From NCBI GenBank assembly GCA_032718475.1, contig JAUCBJ010008224.1:1-64000 (forward strand): a DNA stretch of 64,000 nucleotides. Direction: 5' to 3'. A program made the position numbers and the translations under genes. The notes below the pieces were generated by a model. It searched no databases and was not told where the DNA came from. It saw only the letters and a list, made by a program, of their open reading frames with translations. The number at the start of each line of letters is the position of its first letter. Positions within the stretch are counted from its first letter, which is position 1. The DNA is from Nemertoderma westbladi (Eukaryota > Animalia > Xenacoelomorpha). Below are positions 50,501-64,000 of the stretch, in pieces.

Positions 50501-53500
50501 CAAGTTGGCACGTTCTACCACACAGCAACCTACCCAACCACTCCAAGTTGGCACGTTCTACCACACAGCAACCTACCCAACCACTCCAAGTTGGCACGTT
50601 CTACCACACAGCAACCTACCCAACCACTCCAAGTTGGCACGTTCTACCACACAGCAACCTACCCAACCACTCCTAGTTGGCACGTTCTAACCACCACGCA
50701 GCAACCTACCCAACCACTCCAAGTAGGCACGTTCTACCACACAGCAACCTACCCAACCACTCCAAGTTGCAACGTTCTAACCACCACGCAGCAACCTACC
50801 CAACCACTCCAAGTTGGCACGTTCTACCACACAGCAACCTACCCAACCACTCCAAGTTGACACGTTCTACCACACAGCAACCTACCCAACCACTCCAAGT
50901 TGGCACGTTCTACCACACAGCAACCTACCCAACCACTCCAAGTTGGCACGTTCTACCACACAGCAACCTACCCAACCACTCCAAGTTGGCACGTTCTAAC
51001 CACCACGCAGCAACCTACCCAACCACTCCAAGTTGGCACGTTCTACCACACAGCAACCTACCCAACCACTCCAAGTTGACACGTTCTACCACACAGCAAC
51101 CTACCCAACCACTCCAAGTTGGCACGTTCTACCACACAGCAACCTACCCAACCACTCCAAGTTGGCACGTTCTACCACACAGCAACCTACCCAACCACTC
51201 CAAGTTGGCACGTTCTACCACACAGCAACCTACCCAACCACTCCAAGTTGGCACGTTCTACCACACAGCAACCTACCCAACCACTCCAAGTTGGCACGTT
51301 CTAACCACCACGCAGCAACCTACCCAACCACTCCAAGTTGGCACGTTCTACCACACAGCAACCTACCCAACCACTCCAAGTTGGCACGTTCTACCACACA
51401 GCAACCTACCCAACCACTCCAAGTTGGCACGTTCTACCACACAGCAACCTACCCAACCACTCCAAGTTGGCACGTTCTACCACACAGCAACCTACCCAAC
51501 CACTCCAAGTTGGCACGTTCTACCACACAGCAACCTACCCAACCACTCCTAGTTGGCACGTTCTAACCACCACGCAGCAACCTACCCAACCACTCCAAGT
51601 TGGCACGTTCTACCACACAGCAACCTACCCAACCACTCCAAGTTGGCACGTTCTACCACACAGCAACCTACCCAACCACTCCAAGTTGGCACGTTCTAAC
51701 CACCACCAGCAACCTACCCAACCACTCCAAGTTGGCACGTTCTAACCACCACCAGCAACCTACCCAACCACTCCAAGTTGGCACGTTCTACCACACAGCA
51801 ACCTACCCAACCACTCCAAGTTGGCACGTTCTAACCACCACGCAGCAACCTACCCAACCACTCCTAGTTGGCACGTTCTAACCACCACGCAGCAACCTAC
51901 CCAACCACTCCAAGTTGGCACGTTCTACCACACAGCAACCTACCCAACCACTCCAAGTTGGCACGTTCTACCACACAGCAACCTACCCAACCACTCCTAG
52001 TTGGCACGTTCTAACCACCACGCAGCAACCTACCCAACCACTCCAAGTAGGCACGTTCTACCACACAGCAACCTACCCAACCACTCCAAGTTGGCACGTT
52101 CTACCACACAGCAACCTACCCAACCACTCCAAGTAGGCACGTTCTACCACACAGCAACCTACCCAACCACTCCAAGTTGGCACGTTCTACCACACAGCAA
52201 CCTACCCAACCACTCCAAGTTGGCACGTTCTACCACACAGCAACCTACCCAACCACTCCAAGTTGGCACGTTCTACCACACAGCAACCTACCCAACCACT
52301 CCAAGTAGGCACGTTCTACCACACAGCAACCTACCCAACCACTCCAAGTTGGCACGTTCTAACCACCACGCAGCAACCTACCCAACCACTCCAAGTTGGC
52401 ACGTTCTACCACACAGCAACCTACCCAACCACTCCAAGTTGGCACGTTCTACCACACAGCAACCTACCCAACCACTCCAAGTAGGCACGTTCTACCACAC
52501 AGCAACCTACCCAACCACTCCAAGTTGGCACGTTCTACCACACAGCAACCTACCCAACCACTCCAAGTTGGCACGTTCTACCACACAGCAACCTACCCAA
52601 CCACTCCAAGTTGGCACGTTCTACCACACAGCAACCTACCCAACCACTCCAAGTTGGCACGTTCTACCACACAGCAACCTACCCAACCACTCCAAGTTGG
52701 CACGTTCTACCACACAGCAACCTACCCAACCACTCCAAGTAGGCACGTTCTACCACACAGCAACCTACCCAACCACTCCTAGTTGGCACGTTCTACCACA
52801 CAGCAACCTACCCAACCACTCCAAGTTGGCACGTTCTACCACACAGCAACCTACCCAACCACTCCTAGTTGCAACGTTCTAACCACCACGCAGCAACCTA
52901 CCCAACCACTCCAAGTTGCACGTTCTACCACACAGCAACCTACCCAACCACTCCTAGTTGCAACGTTCTAACCACCACGCAGCAACCTACCCAACCACTC
53001 CAAGTTGGCACGTTCTACCACACAGCAACCTACCCAACCACTCCAAGTTGGCACGTTCTACCACACAGCAACCTACCCAACCACTCCTAGTTGGCACGTT
53101 CTAACCACCACGCAGCAACCTACCCAACCACTCCAAGTTGGCACGTTCTACCACACAGCAACCTACCCAACCACTCCTAGTTGCAACGTTCTAACCACCA
53201 CGCAGCAACCTACCCAACCACTCCAAGTTGCAACGTTCTACCACACAGCAACCTACCCAACCACTCCTAGTTGCAACGTTCTAACCACCACGCAGCAACC
53301 TACCCAACCACTCCAAGTAGGCACGTTCTACCACACAGCAACCTACCCAACCACTCCAAGTTGGCACGTTCTACCACACAGCAACCTACCCAACCACTCC
53401 AAGTAGGCACGTTCTACCACACAGCAACCTACCCAACCACTCCAAGTAGGCACGTTCTACCACACAGCAACCTACCCAACCACTCCTAGTTGCAACGTTC

Positions 53501-56500
53501 TACCACCACGCAGCAACCTACCCAACCACTCCTAGTTGCAACGTTCTAACCACCACGCAGCAACCTACCCAACCACTCCTAGTTGGCACGTTCTAACCAC
53601 CACCAGCAACCTACCCAACCACTCCAAGTTGGCACGTTCTAACCACCACGCAGCAACCTACCCAACCACTCCAAGTTGGCACGTTCTACCACACAGCAAC
53701 CTACCCAACCACTCCAAGTTGGCACGTTCTACCACACAGCAACCTACCCAACCACTCCAAGTTGGCACGTTCTACCACACAGCAACCTACCCAACCACTC
53801 CAAGTTGGCACGTTCTACCACACAGCAACCTACCCAACCACTCCAAGTTGGCACGTTCTACCACACAGCAACCTACCCAACCACTCCTAGTTGCAACGTT
53901 CTAACCACCACGCAGCAACCTACCCAACCACTCCAAGTTGGCACGTTCTACCACACAGCAACCTACCCAACCACTCCAAGTTGGCACGTTCTACCACACA
54001 GCAACCTACCCAACCACTCCAAGTTGGCACGTTCTACCACACAGCAACCTACCCAACCACTCCTAGTTGGCACGTTCTAACCACCACGCAGCAACCTACC
54101 CAACCACTCCAAGTTGGCACGTTCTACCACACAGCAACCTACCCAACCACTCCAAGTTGGCACGTTCTACCACACAGCAACCTACCCAACCACTCCAAGT
54201 TGGCACGTTCTACCACACAGCAACCTACCCAACCACTCCTAGTTGGCACGTTCTACCACACAGCAACCTACCCAACCACTCCAAGTTGGCACGTTCTACC
54301 ACACAGCAACCTACCCAACCACTCCTAGTTGGCACGTTCTAACCACCACGCAGCAACCTACCCAACCACTCCAAGTTGGCACGTTCTACCACACAGCAAC
54401 CTACCCAACCACTCCTAGTTGGCACGTTCTACCACACAGCAACCTACCCAACCACTCCTAGTTGGCACGTTCTACCACACAGCAACCTACACAACCACTC
54501 CAAGTAGGCACGTTCTACCACACAGCAACCTACCCAACCACTCCAAGTTGGCACGTTCTACCACACAGCAACCTACCCAACCACTCCAAGTAGGCACGTT
54601 CTACCACACAGCAACCTACCCAACCACTCCAAGTTGGCACGTTCTACCACACAGCAACCTACCCAACCACTCCTAGTTGCAACGTTCTACCACACAGCAA
54701 CCTACCCAACCACTCCTAGTTGGCACGTTCTACCACACAGCAACCTACCCAACCACTCCAAGTAGGCACGTTCTACCACACAGCAACCTACCCAACCACT
54801 CCAAGTTGGCACGTTCTACCACACAGCAACCTACCCAACCACTCCTAGTTGCAACGTTCTACCACACAGCAACCTACCCAACCACTCCTAGTTGGCACGT
54901 TCTACCACACAGCAACCTACCCAACCACTCCAAGTAGGCACGTTCTACCACACAGCAACCTACCCAACCACTCCAAGTTGGCACGTTCTACCACACAGCA
55001 ACCTACCCAACCACTCCAAGTTGACACGTTCTACCACACAGCAACCTACCCAACCACTCCAAGTTGGCACGTTCTACCACACAGCAACCTACCCAACCAC
55101 TCCAAGTTGGCACGTTCTACCACACAGCAACCTACCCAACCACTCCTAGTTGGCACGTTCTAACCACCACGCAGCAACCTACCCAACCACTCCAAGTTGG
55201 CACGTTCTACCACACAGCAACCTACCCAACCACTCCTAGTTGCAACGTTCTACCACACAGCAACCTACACAACCACTCCTAGTTGGCACGTTCTACCACA
55301 CAGCAACCTACCCAACCACTCCAAGTTGGCACGTTCTACCACACAGCAACCTACCCAACCACTCCAAGTTGGCACGTTCTACCACACAGCAACCTACCCA
55401 ACCACTCCTAGTTGCAACGTTCTACCACACAGCAACCTACCCAACCACTCCTAGTTGCAACGTTCTACCACACAGCAACCTACCCAACCACTCCAAGTTG
55501 GCACGTTCTACCACACAGCAACCTACCCAACCACTCCAAGTTGGCACGTTCTACCACACAGCAACCTACCCAACCACTCCAAGTTGGCACGTTCTACCAC
55601 ACAGCAACCTACCCAACCACTCCAAGTTGGCACGTTCTACCACACAGCAACCTACCCAACCACTCCAAGTTGGCACGTTCTAACCACCACGCAGCAACCT
55701 ACCCAACCACTCCAAGTAGGCACGTTCTACCACACAGCAACCTACCCAACCACTCCAAGTTGGCACGTTCTACCACACAGCAACCTACCCAACCACTCCA
55801 AGTTGGCACGTTCTACCACACAGCAACCTACCCAACCACTCCAAGTTGGCACGTTCTACCACACAGCAACCTACCCAACCACTCCAAGTTGGCACGTTCT
55901 ACCACACAGCAACCTACCCAACCACTCCAAGTTGGCACGTTCTACCACACCAGCAACCTACCCAACCACTCCAAGTTGGCACGTTCTACCACACAGCAAC
56001 CTACCCAACCACTCCAAGTTGGCACGTTCTACCACACAGCAACCTACCCAACCACTCCAAGTTGGCACGTTCTACCACACAGCAACCTACCCAACCACTC
56101 CAAGTTGGCACGTTCTACCACACAGCAACCTACCCAACCACTCCTAGTTGGCACGTTCTACCACACAGCAACCTACCCAACCACTCCAAGTTGGCACGTT
56201 CTACCACACAGCAACCTACCCAACCACTCCAAGTTGGCACGTTCTACCACACAGCAACCTACCCAACCACTCCAAGTTGGCACGTTCTACCACACAGCAA
56301 CCTACCCAACCACTCCAAGTTGGCACGTTCTACCACACAGCAACCTACCCAACCACTCCAAGTTGGCACGTTCTACCACACAGCAACCTACCCAACCACT
56401 CCAAGTTGGCACGTTCTACCACACAGCAACCTACCCAACCACTCCAAGTTGGCACGTTCTACCACACAGCAACCTACCCAACCACTCCAAGTTGGCACGT

Positions 56501-59500
56501 TCTACCACACAGCAACCTACCCAACCACTCCTAGTTGGCACGTTCTACCACCACCAGCAACCTACCCAACCACTCCAAGTTGGCACGTTCTACCACACAG
56601 CAACCTACCCAACCACTCCTAGTTGGCACGTTCTACCACACAGCAACCTACCCAACCACTCCAAGTTGGCACGTTCTACCACACAGCAACCTACCCAACC
56701 ACTCCAAGTTGGCACGTTCTACCACACAGCAACCTACCCAACCACTCCTAGTTGCAACGTTCTACCACACAGCAACCTACCCAACCACTCCTAGTTGGCA
56801 CGTTCTACCACACAGCAACCTACCCAACCACTCCAAGTTGGCACGTTCTACCACACAGCAACCTACCCAACCACTCCAAGTTGGCACGTTCTACCACACA
56901 GCAACCTACCCAACCACTCCAAGTTGGCACGTTCTACCACACAGCAACCTACCCAACCACTCCTAGTTGCAACGTTCTACCACACAGCAACCTACCCAAC
57001 CACTCCTAGTTGCAACGTTCTACCACACAGCAACCTACCCAACCACTCCAAGTTGGCACGTTCTACCACACAGCAACCTACCCAACCACTCCAAGTTGGC
57101 ACGTTCTACCACACAGCAACCTACCCAACCACTCCAAGTTGGCACGTTCTACCACACAGCAACCTACCCAACCACTCCAAGTTGCACGTTCTACCACACA
57201 GCAACCTACCCAACCACTCCTAGTTGGCACGTTCTACCACCACCAGCAACCTACCCAACCACTCCTAGTTGGCACGTTCTACCACACAGCAACCTACCCA
57301 ACCACTCCAAGTTGGCACGTTCTACCACACAGCAACCTACCCAACCACTCCAAGTTGGCACGTTCTACCACACAGCAACCTACCCAACCACTCCAAGTTG
57401 GCACGTTCTACCACACAGCAACCTACCCAACCACTCCAAGTTGGCACGTTCTACCACACAGCAACCTACCCAACCACTCCTAGTTGCAACGTTCTACCAC
57501 ACAGCAACCTACCCAACCACTCCTAGTTGGCACGTTCTACCACACAGCAACCTACCCAACCACTCCAAGTAGGCACGTTCTACCACACAGCAACCTACCC
57601 AACCACTCCAAGTTGGCACGTTCTACCACACAGCAACCTACCCAACCACTCCTAGTTGCAACGTTCTACCACACAGCAACCTACCCAACCACTCCTAGTT
57701 GGCACGTTCTACCACACAGCAACCTACCCAACCACTCCAAGTTGGCACGTTCTACCACACAGCAACCTACCCAACCACTCCAAGTTGGCACGTTCTACCA
57801 CACAGCAACCTACCCAACCACTCCAAGTTGGCACGTTCTACCACACAGCAACCTACCCAACCACTCCTAGTTGGCACGTTCTAACCACCACGCAGCAACC
57901 TACCCAACCACTCCTAGTTGGCACGTTCTACCACACAGCAACCTACCCAACCACTCCAAGTTGGCACGTTCTACCACACAGCAACCTACCCAACCACTCC
58001 TAGTTGCAACGTTCTACCACACAGCAACCTACCCAACCACTCCTAGTTGGCACGTTCTACCACACAGCAACCTACCCAACCACTCCAAGTTGGCACGTTC
58101 TACCACACAGCAACCTACCCAACCACTCCAAGTTGGCACGTTCTACCACACAGCAACCTACCCAACCACTCCTAGTTGCAACGTTCTACCACACAGCAAC
58201 CTACCCAACCACTCCTAGTTGCAACGTTCTACCACACAGCAACCTACCCAACCACTCCAAGTAGGCACGTTCTACCACACAGCAACCTACCCAACCACTC
58301 CAAGTTGGCACGTTCTACCACACAGCAACCTACCCAACCACTCCAAGTAGGCACGTTCTACCACACAGCAACCTACCCAACCACTCCAAGTTGGCACGTT
58401 CTACCACACAGCAACCTACCCAACCACTCCAAGTTGCACGTTCTACCACACAGCAACCTACCCAACCACTCCAAGTTGGCACGTTCTACCACACAGCAAC
58501 CTACCCAACCACTCCAAGTTGGCACGTTCTACCACACAGCAACCTACCCAACCACTCCAAGTTGGCACGTTCTACCACACAGCAACCTACCCAACCACTC
58601 CAAGTTGGCACGTTCTACCACACAGCAACCTACCCAACCACTCCAAGTTGGCACGTTCTACCACACAGCAACCTACCCAACCACTCCAAGTTGGCACGTT
58701 CTACCACACAGCAACCTACCCAACCACTCCTAGTTGCAACGTTCTAACCACCACGCAGCAACCTACCCAACCACTCCAAGTTGGCACGTTCTAACCACCA
58801 CGCAGCAACCTACCCAACCACTCCAAGTTGGCACGTTCTACCACACAGCAACCTACCCAACCACTCCAAGTAGGCACGTTCTACCACACAGCAACCTACC
58901 CAACCACTCCAAGTTGGCACGTTCTACCACACAGCAACCTACCCAACCACTCCAAGTTGGCACGTTCTACCACACAGCAACCTACCCAACCACTCCAAGT
59001 AGGCACATTCTACCACACATCAACCTACCCAACCACTCCTAGTTGCAACGTTCTACCACACAGCAACCTACCCAACCACTCCAAGTTGGCACGTTCTAAC
59101 CACCACGCAGCAACCTACCCAACCACTCCAAGTAGGCACGTTCTACCACACAGCAACCTACCCAACCACTCCAAGTTGGCACGTTCTACCACACAGCAAC
59201 CTACCCAACCACTCCTAGTTGGCACGTTCTAACCACCACACAGCAACCTACACAACCACTCCTAGTTGGCACGTTCTGCCACACAGCAACCTACCCAACC
59301 ACTCCAAGTTGGCACGTTCTACCACACAGCAACCTACCCAACCACTCCAAGTTGGCACGTTCTAACCACCACGCAGCAACCTACCCAACCACTCCAAGTT
59401 GGCACGTTCTACCACACAGCAACCTACCCAACCACTCCTAGTTGGCACGTTCTACCACACAGCAACCTACCCAACCACTCCAAGTTGGCACGTTCTACCA

Positions 59501-62500
59501 CACAGCAACCTACCCAACCACTCCAAGTTGGCACGTTCTACCACACAGCAACCTACCCAACCACTCCTAGTTGGCACGTTCTACCACACAGCAACCTACC
59601 CAACCACTCCTAGTTGGCACGTTCTACCACACAGCAACCTACCCAACCACTCCAAGTTGGCACGTTCTACCACACAGCAACCTACCCAACCACTCCAAGT
59701 TGGCACGTTCTACCACACAGCAACCTACCCAACCACTCCAAGTAGGCACATTCTACCACACATCAACCTACCCAACCACTCCTAGTTGCAACGTTCTACC
59801 ACACAGCAACCTACACAACCACTCCTAGTTGCAACGTTCTACCACACAGCAACCTACCCAACCACTCCAAGTAGGCACGTTCTAACCACCACGCAGCAAC
59901 CTACCCAACCACTCCAAGTAGGCACGTTCTACCACACAGCAACCTACCCAACCACTCCAAGTAGGCACGTTCTACCACACAGCAACCTACCCAACCACTC
60001 CAAGTTGGCACGTTCTAACCACCACGCAGCAACCTACCCAACCACTCCAAGTTGGCACGTTCTACCACACAGCAACCTACCCAACCACTCCAAGTTGGCA
60101 CGTTCTACCACACGCAGCAACCTACCCAACCACTCCAAGTTGGCACGTTCTACCACACAGCAACCTACCCAACCACTCCAAGTTGGCACGTTCTACCACA
60201 CAGCAACCTACCCAACCACTCCAAGTTGGCACGTTCTACCACACAGCAACCTACCCAACCACTCCAAGTTGGCACGTTCTACCACACAGCAACCTACCCA
60301 ACCACTCCAAGTTGGCACGTTCTACCACACAGCAACCTACCCAACCACTCCAAGTTGGCACGTTCTACCACAGCAGCAACCTACCCAACCACTCCAAGTT
60401 GGCACGTTCTACCACACAGCAACCTACCCAACCACTCCAAGTTGGCACGTTCTACCACACAGCAACCTACCCAACCACTCCAAGTTGGCACGTTCTACCA
60501 CACAGCAACCTACCCAACCACTCCAAGTTGGCACGTTCTACCACACAGCAACCTACCCAACCACTCCAAGTTGGCACGTTCTACCACACAGCAACCTACC
60601 CAACCACTCCAAGTTGGCACGTTCTAACCACCACGCAGCAACCTACCCAACCACTCCAAGTTGGCACGTTCTACCACACAGCAACCTACCCAACCACTCC
60701 TAGTTGCAACGTTCTAACCACCACACAGCAACCTACCCAACCACTCCAAGTTGGCACGTTCTACCACACAGCAACCTACCCAACCACTCCTAGTTGCAAC
60801 GTTCTAACCACCACGCAGCAACCTACCCAACCACTCCAAGTTGGCACGTTCTACCACACAGCAACCTACCCAACCACTCCAAGTTGGCACGTTCTACCAC
60901 ACAGCAACCTACCCAACCACTCCTAGTTGCAACGTTCTAACCACCACGCAGCAACCTACCCAACCACTCCAAGTTGGCACGTTCTACCACACAGCAACCT
61001 ACCCAACCACTCCAAGTTGGCACGTTCTACCACACAGCAACCTACCCAACCACTCCAAGTTGGCACGTTCTACCACACAGCAACCTACCCAACCACTCCA
61101 AGTTGGCACGTTCTACCGCACAGCAACCTACCCAACCACTTCTAGTTGCAACGTTCTACCAAACAGCAACCTACCCAACCACTCCTAGTTGCAACGTTCT
61201 GCCACACAGCAACCTACCCAACCACTCCAAGTTGGCACGTTCTACCACACAGCAACCTACCCAACCACTCCAAGTTGGCACGTTCTACCACACAGCAACC
61301 TACCCAACCACTCCAAGTTGGCACGTTCTACCACACAGCAACCTACCCAACCACTCCAAGTTGGCACGTTCTACCACACAGCAACCTACCCAACCACTCC
61401 TAGTTGGCAACGTTCTAACCACCACGCAGCAACCTACCCAACCACTCCAAGTTGGCACGTTCTACCACACAGCAACCTACCCAACCACTCCTAGTTGCAA
61501 CGTTCTAACCACCACGCAGCAACCTACCCAACCACTCCAAGTTGGCACGTTCTACCACACAGCAACCTACCCAACCACTCCAAGTTGGCACGTTCTAACC
61601 ACCACGCAGCAACCTACCCAACCACTCCAAGTTGGCACGTTCTACCACACAGCAACCTACCCAACCACTCCAAGTTGGCACGTTCTACCACACAGCAACC
61701 TACCCAACCACTCCAAGTTGGCACGTTCTACCACACAGCAACCTACCCAACCACTCCAAGTTGGCACGTTCTACCACACAGCAACCTACCCAACCACTCC
61801 TAGTTGCAACGTTCTAACCACCACGCAGCAACCTACCCAACCACTCCAAGTTGGCACGTTCTACCACACAGCAACCTACCCAACCACTCCAAGTTGGCAC
61901 GTTCTACCACACAGCAACCTACCCAACCACTCCAAGTTGGCACGTTCTACCACACAGCAACCTACCCAACCACTCCAAGTAGGCACGTTCTACCACACAG
62001 CAACCTACCCAACCACTCCTAGTTGCAACGTTCTACCACACAGCAACCTACCCAACCACTCCTAGTTGCAACGTTCTACCACACAGCAACCTACCCAACC
62101 ACTCCAAGTAGGCACGTTCTGCCACACAGCAACCTACCCAACCACTCCTAGTTGCAACGTTCTACCACACAGCAACCTACCCAACCACTCCTAGTTGCAA
62201 CGTTCTACCACACAGCAACCTACCCAACCACTCCAAGTAGGCACGTTCTGCCACACAGCAACCTACCCAACCACTCCTAGTTGCAACGTTCTACCACACA
62301 GCAACCTACCCAACCACTCCTAGTTGGCAACGTTCTACCACACAGCAACCTACCCAACCACTCCAAGTAGGCACGTTCTACCACACAGCAACCTACCCAA
62401 CCACTCCTAGTTGCAACGTTCTACCACACAGCAACCTACCCAACCACTCCTAGTTGCAACGTTCTACCACACAGCAACCTACCCAACCACTCCAAGTAGG

Positions 62501-64000
62501 CACGTTCTACCACACAGCAACCTACCCAACCACTCCTAGTTGCAACGTTCTACCACACAGCAACCTACCCAACCACTCCAAGTTGGCACGTTCTACCACA
62601 CAGCAACCTACCCAACCACTCCAAGTTGGCACGTTCTACCACACAGCAACCTACACAACCACTCCTAGTTGCAACGTTCTAACCACCACGCAGCAACCTA
62701 CCCAACCACTCCAAGTTGGCACATTCTACCACACAGCAACCTACCCAACCACTCCAAGTTGGCACGTTCTACCACACAGCAACCTACCCAACCACTCCAA
62801 GTTGGCACGTTCTACCACACAGCAACCTACCCAACCACTCCAAGTTGGCACGTTCTACCACACAGCAACCTACCCAACCACTCCAAGTTGGCACGTTCTA
62901 CCACACAGCAACCTACCCAACCACTCCAAGTTGGCACGTTCTACCACACAGCAACCTACCCAACCACTCCTAGTTGCAACGTTCTAACCACCACGCAGCA
63001 ACCTACCCAACCACTCCAAGTTGGCACGTTCTACCACACAGCAACCTACCCAACCACTCCAAGTTGGCACGTTCTACCACACAGCAACCTACCCAACCAC
63101 TCCTAGTTGCAACGTTCTACCACCACCAGCAACCTACCCAACCACTCCAAGTTGGCACGTTCTACCACACAGCAACCTACCCAACCACTCCAAGTTGCAA
63201 CGTTCTAACCACCACGCAGCAACCTACCCAACCACTCCAAGTTGGCACGTTCTACCACACAGCAACCTACCCAACCACTCCAAGTTGGCACGTTCTACCA
63301 CACAGCAACCTACCCAACCACTCCAAGTTGGCACGTTCTACCACACAGCAACCTACCCAACCACTCCAAGTTGGCACGTTCTAACCACCACGCAGCAACC
63401 TACCCAACCACTCCAAGTTGGCACGTTCTACCACACAGCAACCTACCCAACCACTCCAAGTTGGCACGTTCTACCACACAGCAACCTACCCAACCACTCC
63501 TAGTTGCAACGTTCTAACCACCACGCAGCAACCTACCCAACCACTCCAAGTTGGCACGTTCTACCACACAGCAACCTACCCAACCACTCCAAGTTGGCAC
63601 GTTCTACCACACAGCAACCTACCCAACCACTCCAAGTTGGCACGTTCTACCACACAGCAACCTACCCAACCACTCCAAGTTGGCACGTTCTACCACACAG
63701 CAACCTACCCAACCACTCCAAGTTGGCACGTTCTACCACACAGCAACCTACCCAACCACTCCAAGTTGGCACGTTCTACCACACAGCAACCTACCCAACC
63801 ACTCCTAGTTGCAACGTTCTACCACCACCAGCAACCTACCCAACCACTCCAAGTTGGCACGTTCTACCACACAGCAACCTACCCAACCACTCCAAGTTGG
63901 CACGTTCTGCCACACAGCAACCTACCCAACCACTCCTAGTTGCAACGTTCTACCACACAGCAACCTACCCAACCACTCCAAGTTGGCACGTTCTACCACA
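35577..64000 (+). repeat. Large satellite array of interspersed 43-bp and 47-bp monomers (>28 kb, runs off window)
   Basis: 43-mer TTGGCACGTTCTACCACACAGCAACCTACCCAACCACTCCAAG. The 47-mer has CTAACCACCACGCAG in place of CTACCACACAG. Confidence 0.99.

Noticed and set aside
35550-64000. Hundreds of ORFs (MARSTTQQPTQPLQ...) resembling mucin-like repeat proteins
   Set aside because: They are translations of a stop-poor 43/47-bp satellite in all three frames, start at TTG, and the monomer lengths are not multiples of 3.
35577-64000. CRISPR array or telomere
   Set aside because: No unique spacers or cas genes and the context is eukaryotic. The unit is not a simple telomeric repeat, and the G-rich strand points away from the right end.

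Overview
Eukaryotic, most likely invertebrate animal, repeat-rich genomic DNA in three zones. (1) 1-11764 is the right-hand part of an apparently intact Maverick/Polinton (adintovirus-like endogenous virus). It carries the pPolB C-terminus, packaging ATPase, rve integrase, two tandem penton paralogues, major capsid protein, adenain protease and core-like proteins, all on the + strand, and ends in the canonical ...ACTACT terminus. Its most notable cargo is a compact TATA-binding-protein (TBP)-like gene directly after the polymerase. (2) About 11.8-35.5 kb is a nest of transposons: a 1.56-kb tandem duplication, a foldback MITE with a full-length THAP/P-element inserted in it (8-bp TSD, first catalytic Asp apparently mutated), a second deleted P element, a Gypsy remnant, a Mutator-like element with a nested CR1-type LINE, further MITEs and a GT-rich minisatellite. 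(3) About 35.6 kb to the window end is a >28-kb satellite of 43/47-bp monomers; all ORFs there are artefacts. Protein assignments come from motif recognition by eye, not database searches.
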